Below are positions 1-7,977 of a stretch of DNA of 64,000 bases, piece by piece. The notes under the pieces are model-generated. The model was given only the letters and a program-made list of their open reading frames with translations. It did not search any database and had not been told where the DNA came from. A program made the translations under genes and the position numbers. Source of the DNA: an uncultured Alphaproteobacteria bacterium (lineage in GTDB: Bacteria; Pseudomonadota; Alphaproteobacteria; Rs-D84); assembly GCA_944389135.1 (NCBI GenBank), contig CALXLG010000003.1:51488-115487 (forward strand). Reading direction: 5' to 3'. Numbering within the stretch: the first letter of the stretch is position 1; each line of letters starts with the position of its first letter.

Positions 1-1670
1 ACATTTATCTGGCAAAGGTAATTCGCGTTGAACCTTCCTTGCAGGCGGCGTTCGTAGATTATGGTACTGGGAAAAACGGTTTCTTGCCGTTCTCGGAAAT
101 TCATCCAGATTATTATCAAGTAACACCAGAACAGAAAAAGAAACTGTTAGAACTGGCGCACGCGAATATCGTTGATGACGACGAAGACCCAGATGATGAA
201 AATGACGAAGTCGCAGAATATGACGACCAAAGTGCTGGGGAAGACAACAAAGAATTCACAAAACGTGCACACGAATTCAAAATTCAAGATGTAATTAAAC
301 CAAAGCAAATATTGCTGGTTCAGGGCGTCAAAGAAGAACGCGGTCAGAAAGGCGCATCTATGACAACTTACTTGTCATTGGCGGGTCGTTTTGCCGTTTT
401 GATGCCAAATTCACGCAAACGTAATAGCTATGGTATTTCTAAGAAAATTTCTGACAAAGCAGAACGTGGCAGATTACGTGAAATTCTGCACGAATTGAAA
501 ATACCAAAAGGTATGACAGTTGTATTACGTACAGCCGCAATGAACGCGGCAGCAGCAGATATTGCCAAAGACTATGATTACCTTGTAAACTTATGGAACG
601 AAATTCGCAAGACAACGCTGGAATCTGTGGCACCAGTTACGATACACACAGAAGACTCGTTATTACGCCGTGTTGTTCGTGATTTCTTAGCCGATAAAGA
701 AGATGTCTTGGTAATTCAAGGCGAAGAAGCGTTTGACGCAGCCAAGCAATATTTTCAACAGATGTACGGGCGCGCACCACGCAAACAACTGATACAATAC
801 AAAGACCCTGCTGTTCCATTAATGGTAAAGGCCGGTGTTGAAAAACAACTGGAGGGTTTGCATGGTCCTTATGTTCAATTGCCATCAGGTGGTTCATTGG
901 TAATTAACCAGACAGAAGCAATGGTAACAATTGACGTAAACTCGTCACGTGCAATTAAAGAAAAAGATATTGAACAAACAGCATTGAACACTAACTTAGA
1001 AGCAGCGGAAGAAATTGCATTGCAACTTCGTCTGCGTGATTTAGCGGGTATAATTGCAATTGACTTCATTGATATGGAAGAAGAAAAAAATAACCGCAAG
1101 TTAGAAATGAAAATGCGCGAAGTTATGAAACGTGACCGGGCACGCACTCAGGTTGCAAAAATAAATAACTTTGGTGTTTTGATGCTATCACGTCAACGCT
1201 TGCGCAGCAGCTTTATGGAATCTTCATACGTTCAGTGCCCACACTGTATGGGTGCTGGCGTTGTCCCAAGCATACAGACAGCGGCAATTATTCTGTTCCG
1301 TCACTTGCAAGAAAAACTGCTTGCGAAAAGTGCACAGAAAATCATAATGACAGTTCCAACAGACGTTGCGATTTACTTACTGAATCACAAGCGCGCAGAA
1401 CTGGCAGCAATGGAATCTGAATTTGAAACAGAAATTGTAATTGTTGGTGATGACAGCTTGATGAATATAGACCAATATTCAATTCAACGCGTTGCACCAG
1501 AACAGAATAAGACTGAAGATTTGTTGGGTGCATATGAACCTTCTACAGATGTGAAGAAGAAAAATGCACAACACGTAGAAGCCCGCAAAACGACAATGAA
1601 CGCACCGCGTCGTCGTCGTAAAAATGACAACAAAAAGAAATCCAGCCTGTGGCACAAATTGGTTGGTTAA
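1..1670 (+). CDS. rne: Ribonuclease E (RNase E/G family), 5' end cut by the window edge
   Basis: The frame is open from nt 3 (IYLAKVIRVEPSLQAAFVDYG, an S1-domain motif). An acidic insert follows. CPHCMGAG matches the Zn-link motif and the C-tail is basic. The stop at 1668-1670 is followed by a hairpin terminator. Confidence 0.85.
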   Translation, partial: IYLAKVIRVEPSLQAAFVDYGTGKNGFLPFSEIHPDYYQVTPEQKKKLLELAHANIVDDDEDPDDENDEVAEYDDQSAGEDNKEFTKRAHEFKIQDVIKPKQILLVQGVKEERGQKGASMTTYLSLAGRFAVLMPNSRKRNSYGISKKISDKAERGRLREILHELKIPKGMTVVLRTAAMNAAAADIAKDYDYLVNLWNEIRKTTLESVAPVTIHTEDSLLRRVVRDFLADKEDVLVIQGEEAFDAAKQYFQQMYGRAPRKQLIQYKDPAVPLMVKAGVEKQLEGLHGPYVQLPSGGSLVINQTEAMVTIDVNSSRAIKEKDIEQTALNTNLEAAEEIALQLRLRDLAGIIAIDFIDMEEEKNNRKLEMKMREVMKRDRARTQVAKINNFGVLMLSRQRLRSSFMESSYVQCPHCMGAGVVPSIQTAAIILFRHLQEKLLAKSAQKIIMTVPTDVAIYLLNHKRAELAAMESEFETEIVIVGDDSLMNIDQYSIQRVAPEQNKTEDLLGAYEPSTDVKKKNAQHVEARKTTMNAPRRRRKNDNKKKSSLWHKLVG

Positions 1671-1671
1671 T

Positions 1672-1698
1672 AAAAAATCCCGCAACTGCGGGATTTTT
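1672..1698. terminator. Bidirectional rho-independent terminator between rne and LRR gene 1
   Basis: The sequence is aaaaa-ATCCCGC-aact-GCGGGAT-ttttt, with an A-run and a T-run on either side of a 7-bp stem. Confidence 0.7.
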
Positions 1699-1706
1699 AT
1701 TTATTT

Positions 1707-2714
1707 TTATCTGACATTCATTTTACCGTTTTTTATACGCATCATCATAATTGCCGAATCCTTTTTATTTTTTAACTTTTTATCCCCAAGTGATTGATTT
1801 TCTATCAAAAACTCGTCACAATCTGTTGGCGCACCTTGTAAAGTTTTTAGTTTATTATTTCTACAATCGTATTTTTTTGCTTTCTTTGGACCGCCAACTA
1901 AACTTTCCAATTTATTGATTGAACAATCAAATTCTTCTACTTCTGTTGGGGAACCTTCTAAACTTTCTATATTAGTATGGCTACACTTATATCTTTTTGC
2001 CTTCTTAGGACCACCAACTAAACTTTCTAATTGATTGACCGAACAATCAAATTCTTCTACTTCTGTTGGGGAACCTTCTAAACTTTCTAAAAAATTCCAA
2101 CTACAATCATATATTTTTGCTTTATTTGGTCCGCCTTTCAAGCTTTCCAAATTATTGAAGAAACAATCAAAATTTTCTACTTCTTTTGGTGCACCTTCTA
2201 AACTTTCTAAAGTATTCCAACCGCAATCATATATTTTTGCCTTATTTGGTCCACCAACTAAACTTTCCAACCAGTTATCATTACAATAAAATTCTTCTAC
2301 AACTTCAGGTGCGCCATTTAATGTTTCTAAAACATTCCGACTACAATTATATCTTTTTGCTTTATTTGGGCCACCTTTCAAACTTTCCAATTTATTGTTA
2401 GAACAATCAAAAGTACCAGAAACTTCTTTTGGGGCCCCCTTTAAAGATTTCAAGTTATTATTACTACAATTAAAATTACCTAAACAAACAACTTTCGATA
2501 AATCTGGTAATTTTTTTAAGCCTAAATTAGATATATCTATATTTCCTTTTATTACAAAGGTTTCGTGTGTGTCTAATTCTCTTAAATCATACCACTTATA
2601 ATCTTGAAAAAACATATACTGATTTTCTCTTATTGCTTTGTTACTTGTACCCCAACGAACAAGCTTTGAAAATAAATTAATACATTTACCTTGAAAATTT
2701 TTATCAGATGACAT
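1707..2714 (-). CDS. Leucine-rich-repeat protein, paralog 1 (11 tandem 20-residue repeats)
   Basis: 335-aa ORF. The repeats follow xNxLESLxG(A/G)PxxxxxFxCx with an exact 20-aa period and alternate between two subtypes (GAPKEVxxFDC and GGPxKAKxYDC). The N-terminal 48 aa are identical to paralog 2. Confidence 0.8.
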   Translation of the reverse strand: MSSDKNFQGKCINLFSKLVRWGTSNKAIRENQYMFFQDYKWYDLRELDTHETFVIKGNIDISNLGLKKLPDLSKVVCLGNFNCSNNNLKSLKGAPKEVSGTFDCSNNKLESLKGGPNKAKRYNCSRNVLETLNGAPEVVEEFYCNDNWLESLVGGPNKAKIYDCGWNTLESLEGAPKEVENFDCFFNNLESLKGGPNKAKIYDCSWNFLESLEGSPTEVEEFDCSVNQLESLVGGPKKAKRYKCSHTNIESLEGSPTEVEEFDCSINKLESLVGGPKKAKKYDCRNNKLKTLQGAPTDCDEFLIENQSLGDKKLKNKKDSAIMMMRIKNGKMNVR

Positions 2715-2773
2715 ATTAAAAACCTTTTTATTTATATGTTAATCACATAATAGACAAAAACATGTTAATGTCA

Positions 2774-2796
2774 ATAAAAAATCGCCTTGCGGCGAC
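2774..2796 (-). terminator. Rho-independent terminator downstream of LRR gene 2
   Basis: The minus strand reads TCGCC-GCAA-GGCGA followed by a T-run. The same hairpin recurs at about 3868, 4033 and 4406. Confidence 0.7.
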
Positions 2797-2807
2797 TTTC
2801 TTTATTT

Positions 2808-3800
2808 TTATCTGACATTCATTTTACCGTTTTTTATCCAAGTCTTCACAACAAAACTTTCTATTTCATCAAGGAACGATATATCTACACAAAACTCGTC
2901 ACAATCTTTTGGGGCACCTTGTAAAGTTTTTAGTTCATTATTTCTACAATCGTATTTTTTTGCTTTCTCAGGACCGCCAACTAAACTTTTCAATACGTTA
3001 TTTTCGCAATTAAATTCTATTACTTTTTTTGGGGCACCTTGTAAAGTTTTTAGTTTATTATTGTAGCAATCGTATATTGCTGCTGTCTTAGGTCCGCAAA
3101 CTAAACTTTCCAATACGTTATTTTTACAATTAAAGTTTATTACTTCTTGGGGGGCACCTTGTAAAGTTTTTAGTTTATTATTGCAGCAATTGTATAATTC
3201 TGCTTTCTTTGGTCCACCAATTAAACTTTCCAATTTATTAGAAGCACAATAAAATTCTTTCACTTCTTTGGGGGCACCTTGTAAAGTTTTTAGTTTATTA
3301 TCGCAGCAATTGTATAATCCTGCTTTCTTTGGTCCGTCAATTAAACTTGTCAATTTATTATTACTACAATCAAATTTTTCTACATCTTCTGGGGCACCCT
3401 GCAAAGTTTCTAAATAATTATAACTACAATCATATATTTTTGCTGTCTTAGGTCCGCCAATCAAACTTTCAGCTCTATTGAAAGAACAATTAAAAGTACC
3501 TAATACCTTTTTTGGCGCACCTTTTAAATTTAGCAGTTGATTATAACTGCAATCAAAGTCCCCCAAACAAACAACATTTGATAAATTTGGTAATTCTTGT
3601 AAACTTAAATTAGATATATTTATATCTACTTTTATTACAAAGGTTCCATATAATACATCTAATTCCCTTAAATCATACCACTTATAATCTTGAAAAAACA
3701 TATACTGATTTTCTCTTATTGCTTTGTTACTTGTACCCCAACGAACAAGCTTTGAAAATAAATTAATACATTTACCTTGAAAATTTTTATCAGATGACAT
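2808..3800 (-). CDS. Leucine-rich-repeat protein, paralog 2 (about 12 tandem 20-residue repeats)
   Basis: 330-aa ORF. It has the same N-terminus (MSSDKNFQGKCINLFSKLVRWGTSNKAIRENQYMFFQDYKWYDLRELD) and C-terminal IKNGKMNVR as paralog 1. The central LRR array is diverged. Confidence 0.8.
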   Translation of the reverse strand: MSSDKNFQGKCINLFSKLVRWGTSNKAIRENQYMFFQDYKWYDLRELDVLYGTFVIKVDINISNLSLQELPNLSNVVCLGDFDCSYNQLLNLKGAPKKVLGTFNCSFNRAESLIGGPKTAKIYDCSYNYLETLQGAPEDVEKFDCSNNKLTSLIDGPKKAGLYNCCDNKLKTLQGAPKEVKEFYCASNKLESLIGGPKKAELYNCCNNKLKTLQGAPQEVINFNCKNNVLESLVCGPKTAAIYDCYNNKLKTLQGAPKKVIEFNCENNVLKSLVGGPEKAKKYDCRNNELKTLQGAPKDCDEFCVDISFLDEIESFVVKTWIKNGKMNVR

Positions 3801-3894
3801 ATTAAAAACCTTTTTATTTATATGTTATATCACATAATAGACAAAAATGCATTAATGTCAATAAAAAAATCGCCTTGCGGCGACTTTCTTTATT

Positions 3895-4640
3895 CTGGGG
3901 CGGATGACCGGATTACTTCGTCACCTTGTAAAATTGTGCTATGCACAAGCGGCGTACTCTCGTCCGCCTTTTTACTGCGGTTCGAACGGCTTCTTCGCCG
4001 GTTCTCATCCTATCCTTTCGCAGAATAAAAAAAATCGCCTTGCGGCGACTTTCTTTATTCTGGGGCGGATGACCGGGACACCTGCGCCCAGCAATTTTAT
4101 TGCCGGGCTTCGTATTGTTCGCTTATCGCACCTAACGGTGCTGCTCACCACTCGTTCGCGTTCGACTTCCCTTCGGTCGTCTTACTGACTCGTATGCGAA
4201 CCTCGGTTCGAACCCGACCCGTCCAAAGTTATAAAAAATACCGGCATAACGCCGGCATTTTTTATAACTGGGGCGGATGACCGGATTACTTCGTCACCTT
4301 GTAAAATTGTGCTATGCACAAGCGGCGTACTCTCGTCCGCCTTTTTACTGCGGTTCGAACGGCTTCTTCGCCGGTTCTCATCCTATCCTTTCGCAGAATA
4401 AAAAAAATCGCCTTGCGGCGACTTTCTTTATTCTGGGGCGGATGACCGGGACACCTGCGCCCAGCAATTTTATTGCCGGGCTTCGTATTGTTCGCTTATC
4501 GCACCTAACGGTGCTGCTCACCACTCGTTCGCGTTCGACTTCCCTTCGGTCGTCTTACTGACTCGTATGCGAACCTCGGTTCGAACCCGACCCGTCCAAA
4601 GTTATAAAAAATACCGGCATAACGCCGGCATTTTTTATAA
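3895..4640 (-). repeat. Two apparently identical 373-bp tandem units abutting tRNA-His, each with two modules that end in a copy of the tRNA-His 3' end plus a terminator
   Basis: ctggggcggatgaccgg occurs at 3895, 4060, 4268, 4433 and, in the real gene, at 4641. The identical ORF-track translations at 3904-4188 and 4277-4561 confirm the 373-bp period. Confidence 0.9.
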
Positions 4641-4641
4641 C

Positions 4642-4719
4642 TGGGGCGGATGACCGGATTCGAACCGGCGACATTTGGTACCACAAACCAACGCTCTAAC
4701 CAGCTGAGCTACATCCGCC
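4642..4719 (-). tRNA. tRNA-His (anticodon GTG) with encoded G-1 and CCA
   Basis: The minus strand reads G-GCGGATG-TA-GCTC-AGCTGGTTA-GAGC-G-TTGGT-TTGTGGT-ACCAA-ATGTC-GCCGG-TTCGAAT-CCGGT-CATCCGC-C-CCA, a full cloverleaf with a G-1:C73 pair. Confidence 0.93.
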
Positions 4720-4734
4720 ATACTCAATTCTTCT

Positions 4735-4810
4735 TGGTGGAGCTGATCAGACTCGAACTGACGACCCCTTGCATGCCATGCAAGTGCTCTACCAACTGAG
4801 CTACAACCCC
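4735..4810 (-). tRNA. tRNA-Ala (anticodon GGC)
   Basis: The minus strand reads GGGGTTG-TA-GCTC-AGTTGGTA-GAGC-A-CTTGC-ATGGCAT-GCAAG-GGGTC-GTCAG-TTCGAGT-CTGAT-CAGCTCC-A-CCA. A G3:U70 pair is present. Confidence 0.93.
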
Positions 4811-4891
4811 CTTGCGTTGCATTATTCTATATTTCTTCTTGCCAAATGTCAAATCAATTTGCTAATCTTTTTACACATAAGGAGATTTACC

Positions 4892-5452
4892 ATGGATTAT
4901 CAATCTTTAAAGGCTGAAGTAGAACAAAAAACCTTGCAAACAATTGACGTTCTGAAAAATGAATATGCCGGTCTGCGTACTGGTCGTGCTTCTATTCATC
5001 TGCTGGATGGTGTTAAAGTTCCAGTTTATGGCGCCGATATGCCAATTAATCAAGTTGCAACTGTCGCAACACCAGATAACCAAACCCTGACTGTTACTGT
5101 TTGGGATATTAATAATGCAGGCGCCGTTGAAAAAGCTATTCGTGATTCAGGGCTGGGCTTAAACCCAATGACTGCGGGCGGTGTAATTCGCTTAAATATG
5201 CCTCCGCTTACAGAAGAACGCCGTAAAGAATTGGTAAAAGTTTCTGGAAAGTATGCAGAAGAAGCTAAAATTTCTATGCGTAACATACGCCAAGACGCGA
5301 TGAGCAAAATTAAACGCGCCGTAACTGATAAAGAAATTTCCGAAGATGACCAGCGTAAATTTGAAGACGATTTACAAAAAGTCTTTGATAAACGCGGGGT
5401 TGAAGTTGACGCACTCGCAAAACAAAAAGAAGCAGACATTATGTCCGTGTAA
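4892..5452 (+). CDS. frr: Ribosome recycling factor
   Basis: The ATG at 4892 follows the RBS aaggag. The 186-aa product has RRF-like sequence (LRTGRAS..., ...PPLTEERRKELVK...). The longer ORF in the track overlaps the tRNA and is not used. Confidence 0.9.
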   Translation: MDYQSLKAEVEQKTLQTIDVLKNEYAGLRTGRASIHLLDGVKVPVYGADMPINQVATVATPDNQTLTVTVWDINNAGAVEKAIRDSGLGLNPMTAGGVIRLNMPPLTEERRKELVKVSGKYAEEAKISMRNIRQDAMSKIKRAVTDKEISEDDQRKFEDDLQKVFDKRGVEVDALAKQKEADIMSV

Positions 5453-5474
5453 CTTTATAAAAATCGGGAAAAAA

Positions 5475-6236
5475 ATGTTTAAACTATTTAAAAAGAAAGC
5501 AGAAAATAAAGCTTGCGATGCCGCAAAAATTCCACAGCATATTGCTTTTATATGTGACGGTAATCGTCGCTGGGCAGAAGCACGTGGTCTGCCACCGCTT
5601 ATGGGACACAAGGCTGGAATTTCTAACTTTGAAAATCTGGTTGATTGGTTCATTGCTCGTGGCGTTTCAACCATTACTTTCTTTATATTTTCTACTGAAA
5701 ACTGGAACAGATCAAAAGAAGAAATTGATTTCTTGATGGACTTGTTCTATACGGAACTAAACAAAAATATGAAGCATGCGCTTGAAAAAAATCTGCGCTA
5801 TCGTGTAATTGGTTCACGTGATAGATTGCCAAAAAAATTAGCAAAACTATGCGATAAGCTGGAAGAGTCTTCTGCAGAAAATACAGCGGGCACTGTTGTA
5901 TTTGCTTTGAATTATGGCGGGCAAGACGAAATAGTTAATGCTGTAAATGATGCAATTGCTGCTGGAAAACCGGTTGATAAAGAAACTTTTGAAACATTCT
6001 TAGATACTGGCGACTTGTTACCAATAGATTTAATGGTTCGCACAAGTAACGAATACAGAATTTCTAACTTCTTGTTGTGGAAGTTGGCTTATGCTGAATT
6101 ATTGTTCTTGCCAGAACATTGGCCAGATTTGGTAAAAAGTGAAAAACTGTGGCAATATACACTGGATGAGTTTGCAAAACGCAACAGAAGATTTGGTGGC
6201 GGTAAAAAAGCAAATTATTCTGGTCGTAAAAAATAA
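5475..6236 (+). CDS. uppS: Undecaprenyl-diphosphate synthase
   Basis: Contains the FICDGNRRWA motif, a RISNFLLW motif, and sits in the frr-uppS-cdsA order. Confidence 0.9.
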   Translation: MFKLFKKKAENKACDAAKIPQHIAFICDGNRRWAEARGLPPLMGHKAGISNFENLVDWFIARGVSTITFFIFSTENWNRSKEEIDFLMDLFYTELNKNMKHALEKNLRYRVIGSRDRLPKKLAKLCDKLEESSAENTAGTVVFALNYGGQDEIVNAVNDAIAAGKPVDKETFETFLDTGDLLPIDLMVRTSNEYRISNFLLWKLAYAELLFLPEHWPDLVKSEKLWQYTLDEFAKRNRRFGGGKKANYSGRKK

Positions 6237-6247
6237 GGTGAAATACT

Positions 6248-6892
6248 ATGTCAGACACAAAAAAAAGAATCATTGTTGGCGCATTAATGGCAGCTGTTGC
6301 CGTTTTGGCGGGTGTTGGGGAATACTTTGGTATACCTGCCGTTAGATATCTTGGGATATTCGTTGTTTTGATGATGATTGTGGAAATGCTTTTATGCATT
6401 ATTCGCACACCAAAAGAAACTTTGAAAAAGAATTGGTTGTCTTTTGGCGGATTTTTTGTCTGGCTGTTTGTTATGTTGGCAGCGGTAAATTATGTTGGTA
6501 CACGCCCATGGATTATGCTGTTGTTGCTATTAATCATAAGCTGCGCTGATATTGGTGCTTGGTTCTTTGGACGCTGGCTGGGTGGCGATAAAATGTGGGA
6601 AAGACTATCCGAACACAAAACTTGGTCTGGTCAAATTGCGGGTATAATATGCGGGACATTTGGTTCTGTAATGTATGGATTGCTGGGCGCAGATATGTTC
6701 ATGCCACAATTAATGTGGATTGGTATAAGCATCGCGTTATTAAGCCAATATGGTGATTTAACTGCCAGCTGGATTAAACGCAAAATGGGCTTAAAAGATT
6801 TTGGGCGTATTTTACCAGGTCATGGTGGAATGCTGGATAGATTTGACGGTTGGATTTATGCCCTGCCTTTAATTTGGCTAATAATGCTATAA
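6248..6892 (+). CDS. cdsA: Phosphatidate cytidylyltransferase
   Basis: Polytopic membrane protein with the signature SWIKRKMGLKDFGRILPGHGGMLDRFDG. Confidence 0.88.
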   Translation: MSDTKKRIIVGALMAAVAVLAGVGEYFGIPAVRYLGIFVVLMMIVEMLLCIIRTPKETLKKNWLSFGGFFVWLFVMLAAVNYVGTRPWIMLLLLLIISCADIGAWFFGRWLGGDKMWERLSEHKTWSGQIAGIICGTFGSVMYGLLGADMFMPQLMWIGISIALLSQYGDLTASWIKRKMGLKDFGRILPGHGGMLDRFDGWIYALPLIWLIML

Positions 6893-6917
6893 AAAATTTT
6901 GAAAGGAACGGAAGGTC

Positions 6918-7976
6918 ATGCAAATAATTTTAACCATAATTGCATTGTTAATAGTATTAGGTGTTGTCGTTTTTGTACACGAATTGGGACATTTTTTAGC
7001 GGCACGTTGGGCGGGCGTAACCGTAAATACTTTTTCTATTGGTTTCGGACCAGCTATAATAAAATGGCACGATAAGAAAGGTACTTTATGGAAATTGGCA
7101 TGCTTGCCTTTGGGTGGTTATGTTTCAATTTACGGTCAAGAAGATATGTTCGACCGAAAAAAATATAATGAACTGCCTGCAGAAAAGAAAAAAGGTCATT
7201 ACTTATCCGCACCTGCATGGAAACAATTTATTATCATTGCTGCCGGTGTGTTTATGAATTTCGTTCTGGCATGGGCAATTTACTCAGCAATATTTATGGC
7301 AAAACCAAAGAATGTACAACTACCAGTTGTCGGACAAGTAATTCAGGAAAGCGTCGCTTTTGATGCAGGTGTAAAACCGGGTGATGTAATTATTCGCATT
7401 GACGATGAAAAAATTACAAACTGGGGCGAACTTATCATTGCAAAAGAACTGGCATCAAATAGGGTTGCAAATGTTTCAATCGTTCGCGGTGAAAAGCTGG
7501 TGCAAGTTCAATTATCCCCTGCTGAAAAATGGGGACTGATTGCAGACGGTAGCAAAACAGAACTTCGTCAACTCGGTTTTTTTGGTGCGTTGCATGCAGG
7601 TGCCAGAGAAACTTATTATCAATCAAAAACCTTGCTGGTTGTATTAAAGCAAATTGTTACAGGTGAACGTTCATCTAAACAGTTAGGTTCTTTCATAACA
7701 ATTGCAGAAGTTTCTGGTAAAGCAATGGCAATGGGATTCTTTGCCTTACTATCAATAATTGCATTGCTATCAGTTAATTTAGGTGTTATAAACTTACTGC
7801 CCTTGCCTGTTCTTGATGGTGGATATTTGTTGATTTTGATAATAGAAGCCGTTACCAGAAGAAAGCTGGGTGGAAAAAGTATGGAAATAGCAATAATTGC
7901 TGGTTGGATTTTCATATTGGCTTTATTTGCACTGACAATGTGGAACGATTTGGCACGAGTATTCGGATTAAATTAA
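6918..7976 (+). CDS. rseP: RIP zinc metalloprotease RseP
   Basis: Contains the HELGH motif, a central PDZ-like segment and the NLLPLPVLDGG motif. Confidence 0.9.
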   Translation: MQIILTIIALLIVLGVVVFVHELGHFLAARWAGVTVNTFSIGFGPAIIKWHDKKGTLWKLACLPLGGYVSIYGQEDMFDRKKYNELPAEKKKGHYLSAPAWKQFIIIAAGVFMNFVLAWAIYSAIFMAKPKNVQLPVVGQVIQESVAFDAGVKPGDVIIRIDDEKITNWGELIIAKELASNRVANVSIVRGEKLVQVQLSPAEKWGLIADGSKTELRQLGFFGALHAGARETYYQSKTLLVVLKQIVTGERSSKQLGSFITIAEVSGKAMAMGFFALLSIIALLSVNLGVINLLPLPVLDGGYLLILIIEAVTRRKLGGKSMEIAIIAGWIFILALFALTMWNDLARVFGLN

Positions 7977-7977
7977 A

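Larger units (their letters stand above)
1699..3894 (-). repeat. Tandem duplication (~1.09-1.10 kb period) of an LRR-gene cassette (terminator, gene, 5' region)
   Basis: The gene 5' ends plus upstream DNA are near-identical (2578-2808 versus 3664-3895). The 3' ends match too (ttatctgacattcattttaccgttttttat at 1707 and 2808). Confidence 0.85.

Noticed and set aside
3904-4561. Two identical 94-aa plus-strand ORFs (3904-4188 and 4277-4561).
   Set aside because: They run across tRNA-His 3'-end copies and two rho-independent terminators, have no RBS, and exist only because the 373-bp unit is duplicated. I treat them as repeat or RNA sequence, not as coding.
3895-4640. Possibility that the tandem arrays at 3895-4640 and 48355-48634 are CRISPR arrays.
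   Set aside because: Their units are 373 bp and 140 bp with no short repeat and unique spacer alternation, and no cas genes are in the window.
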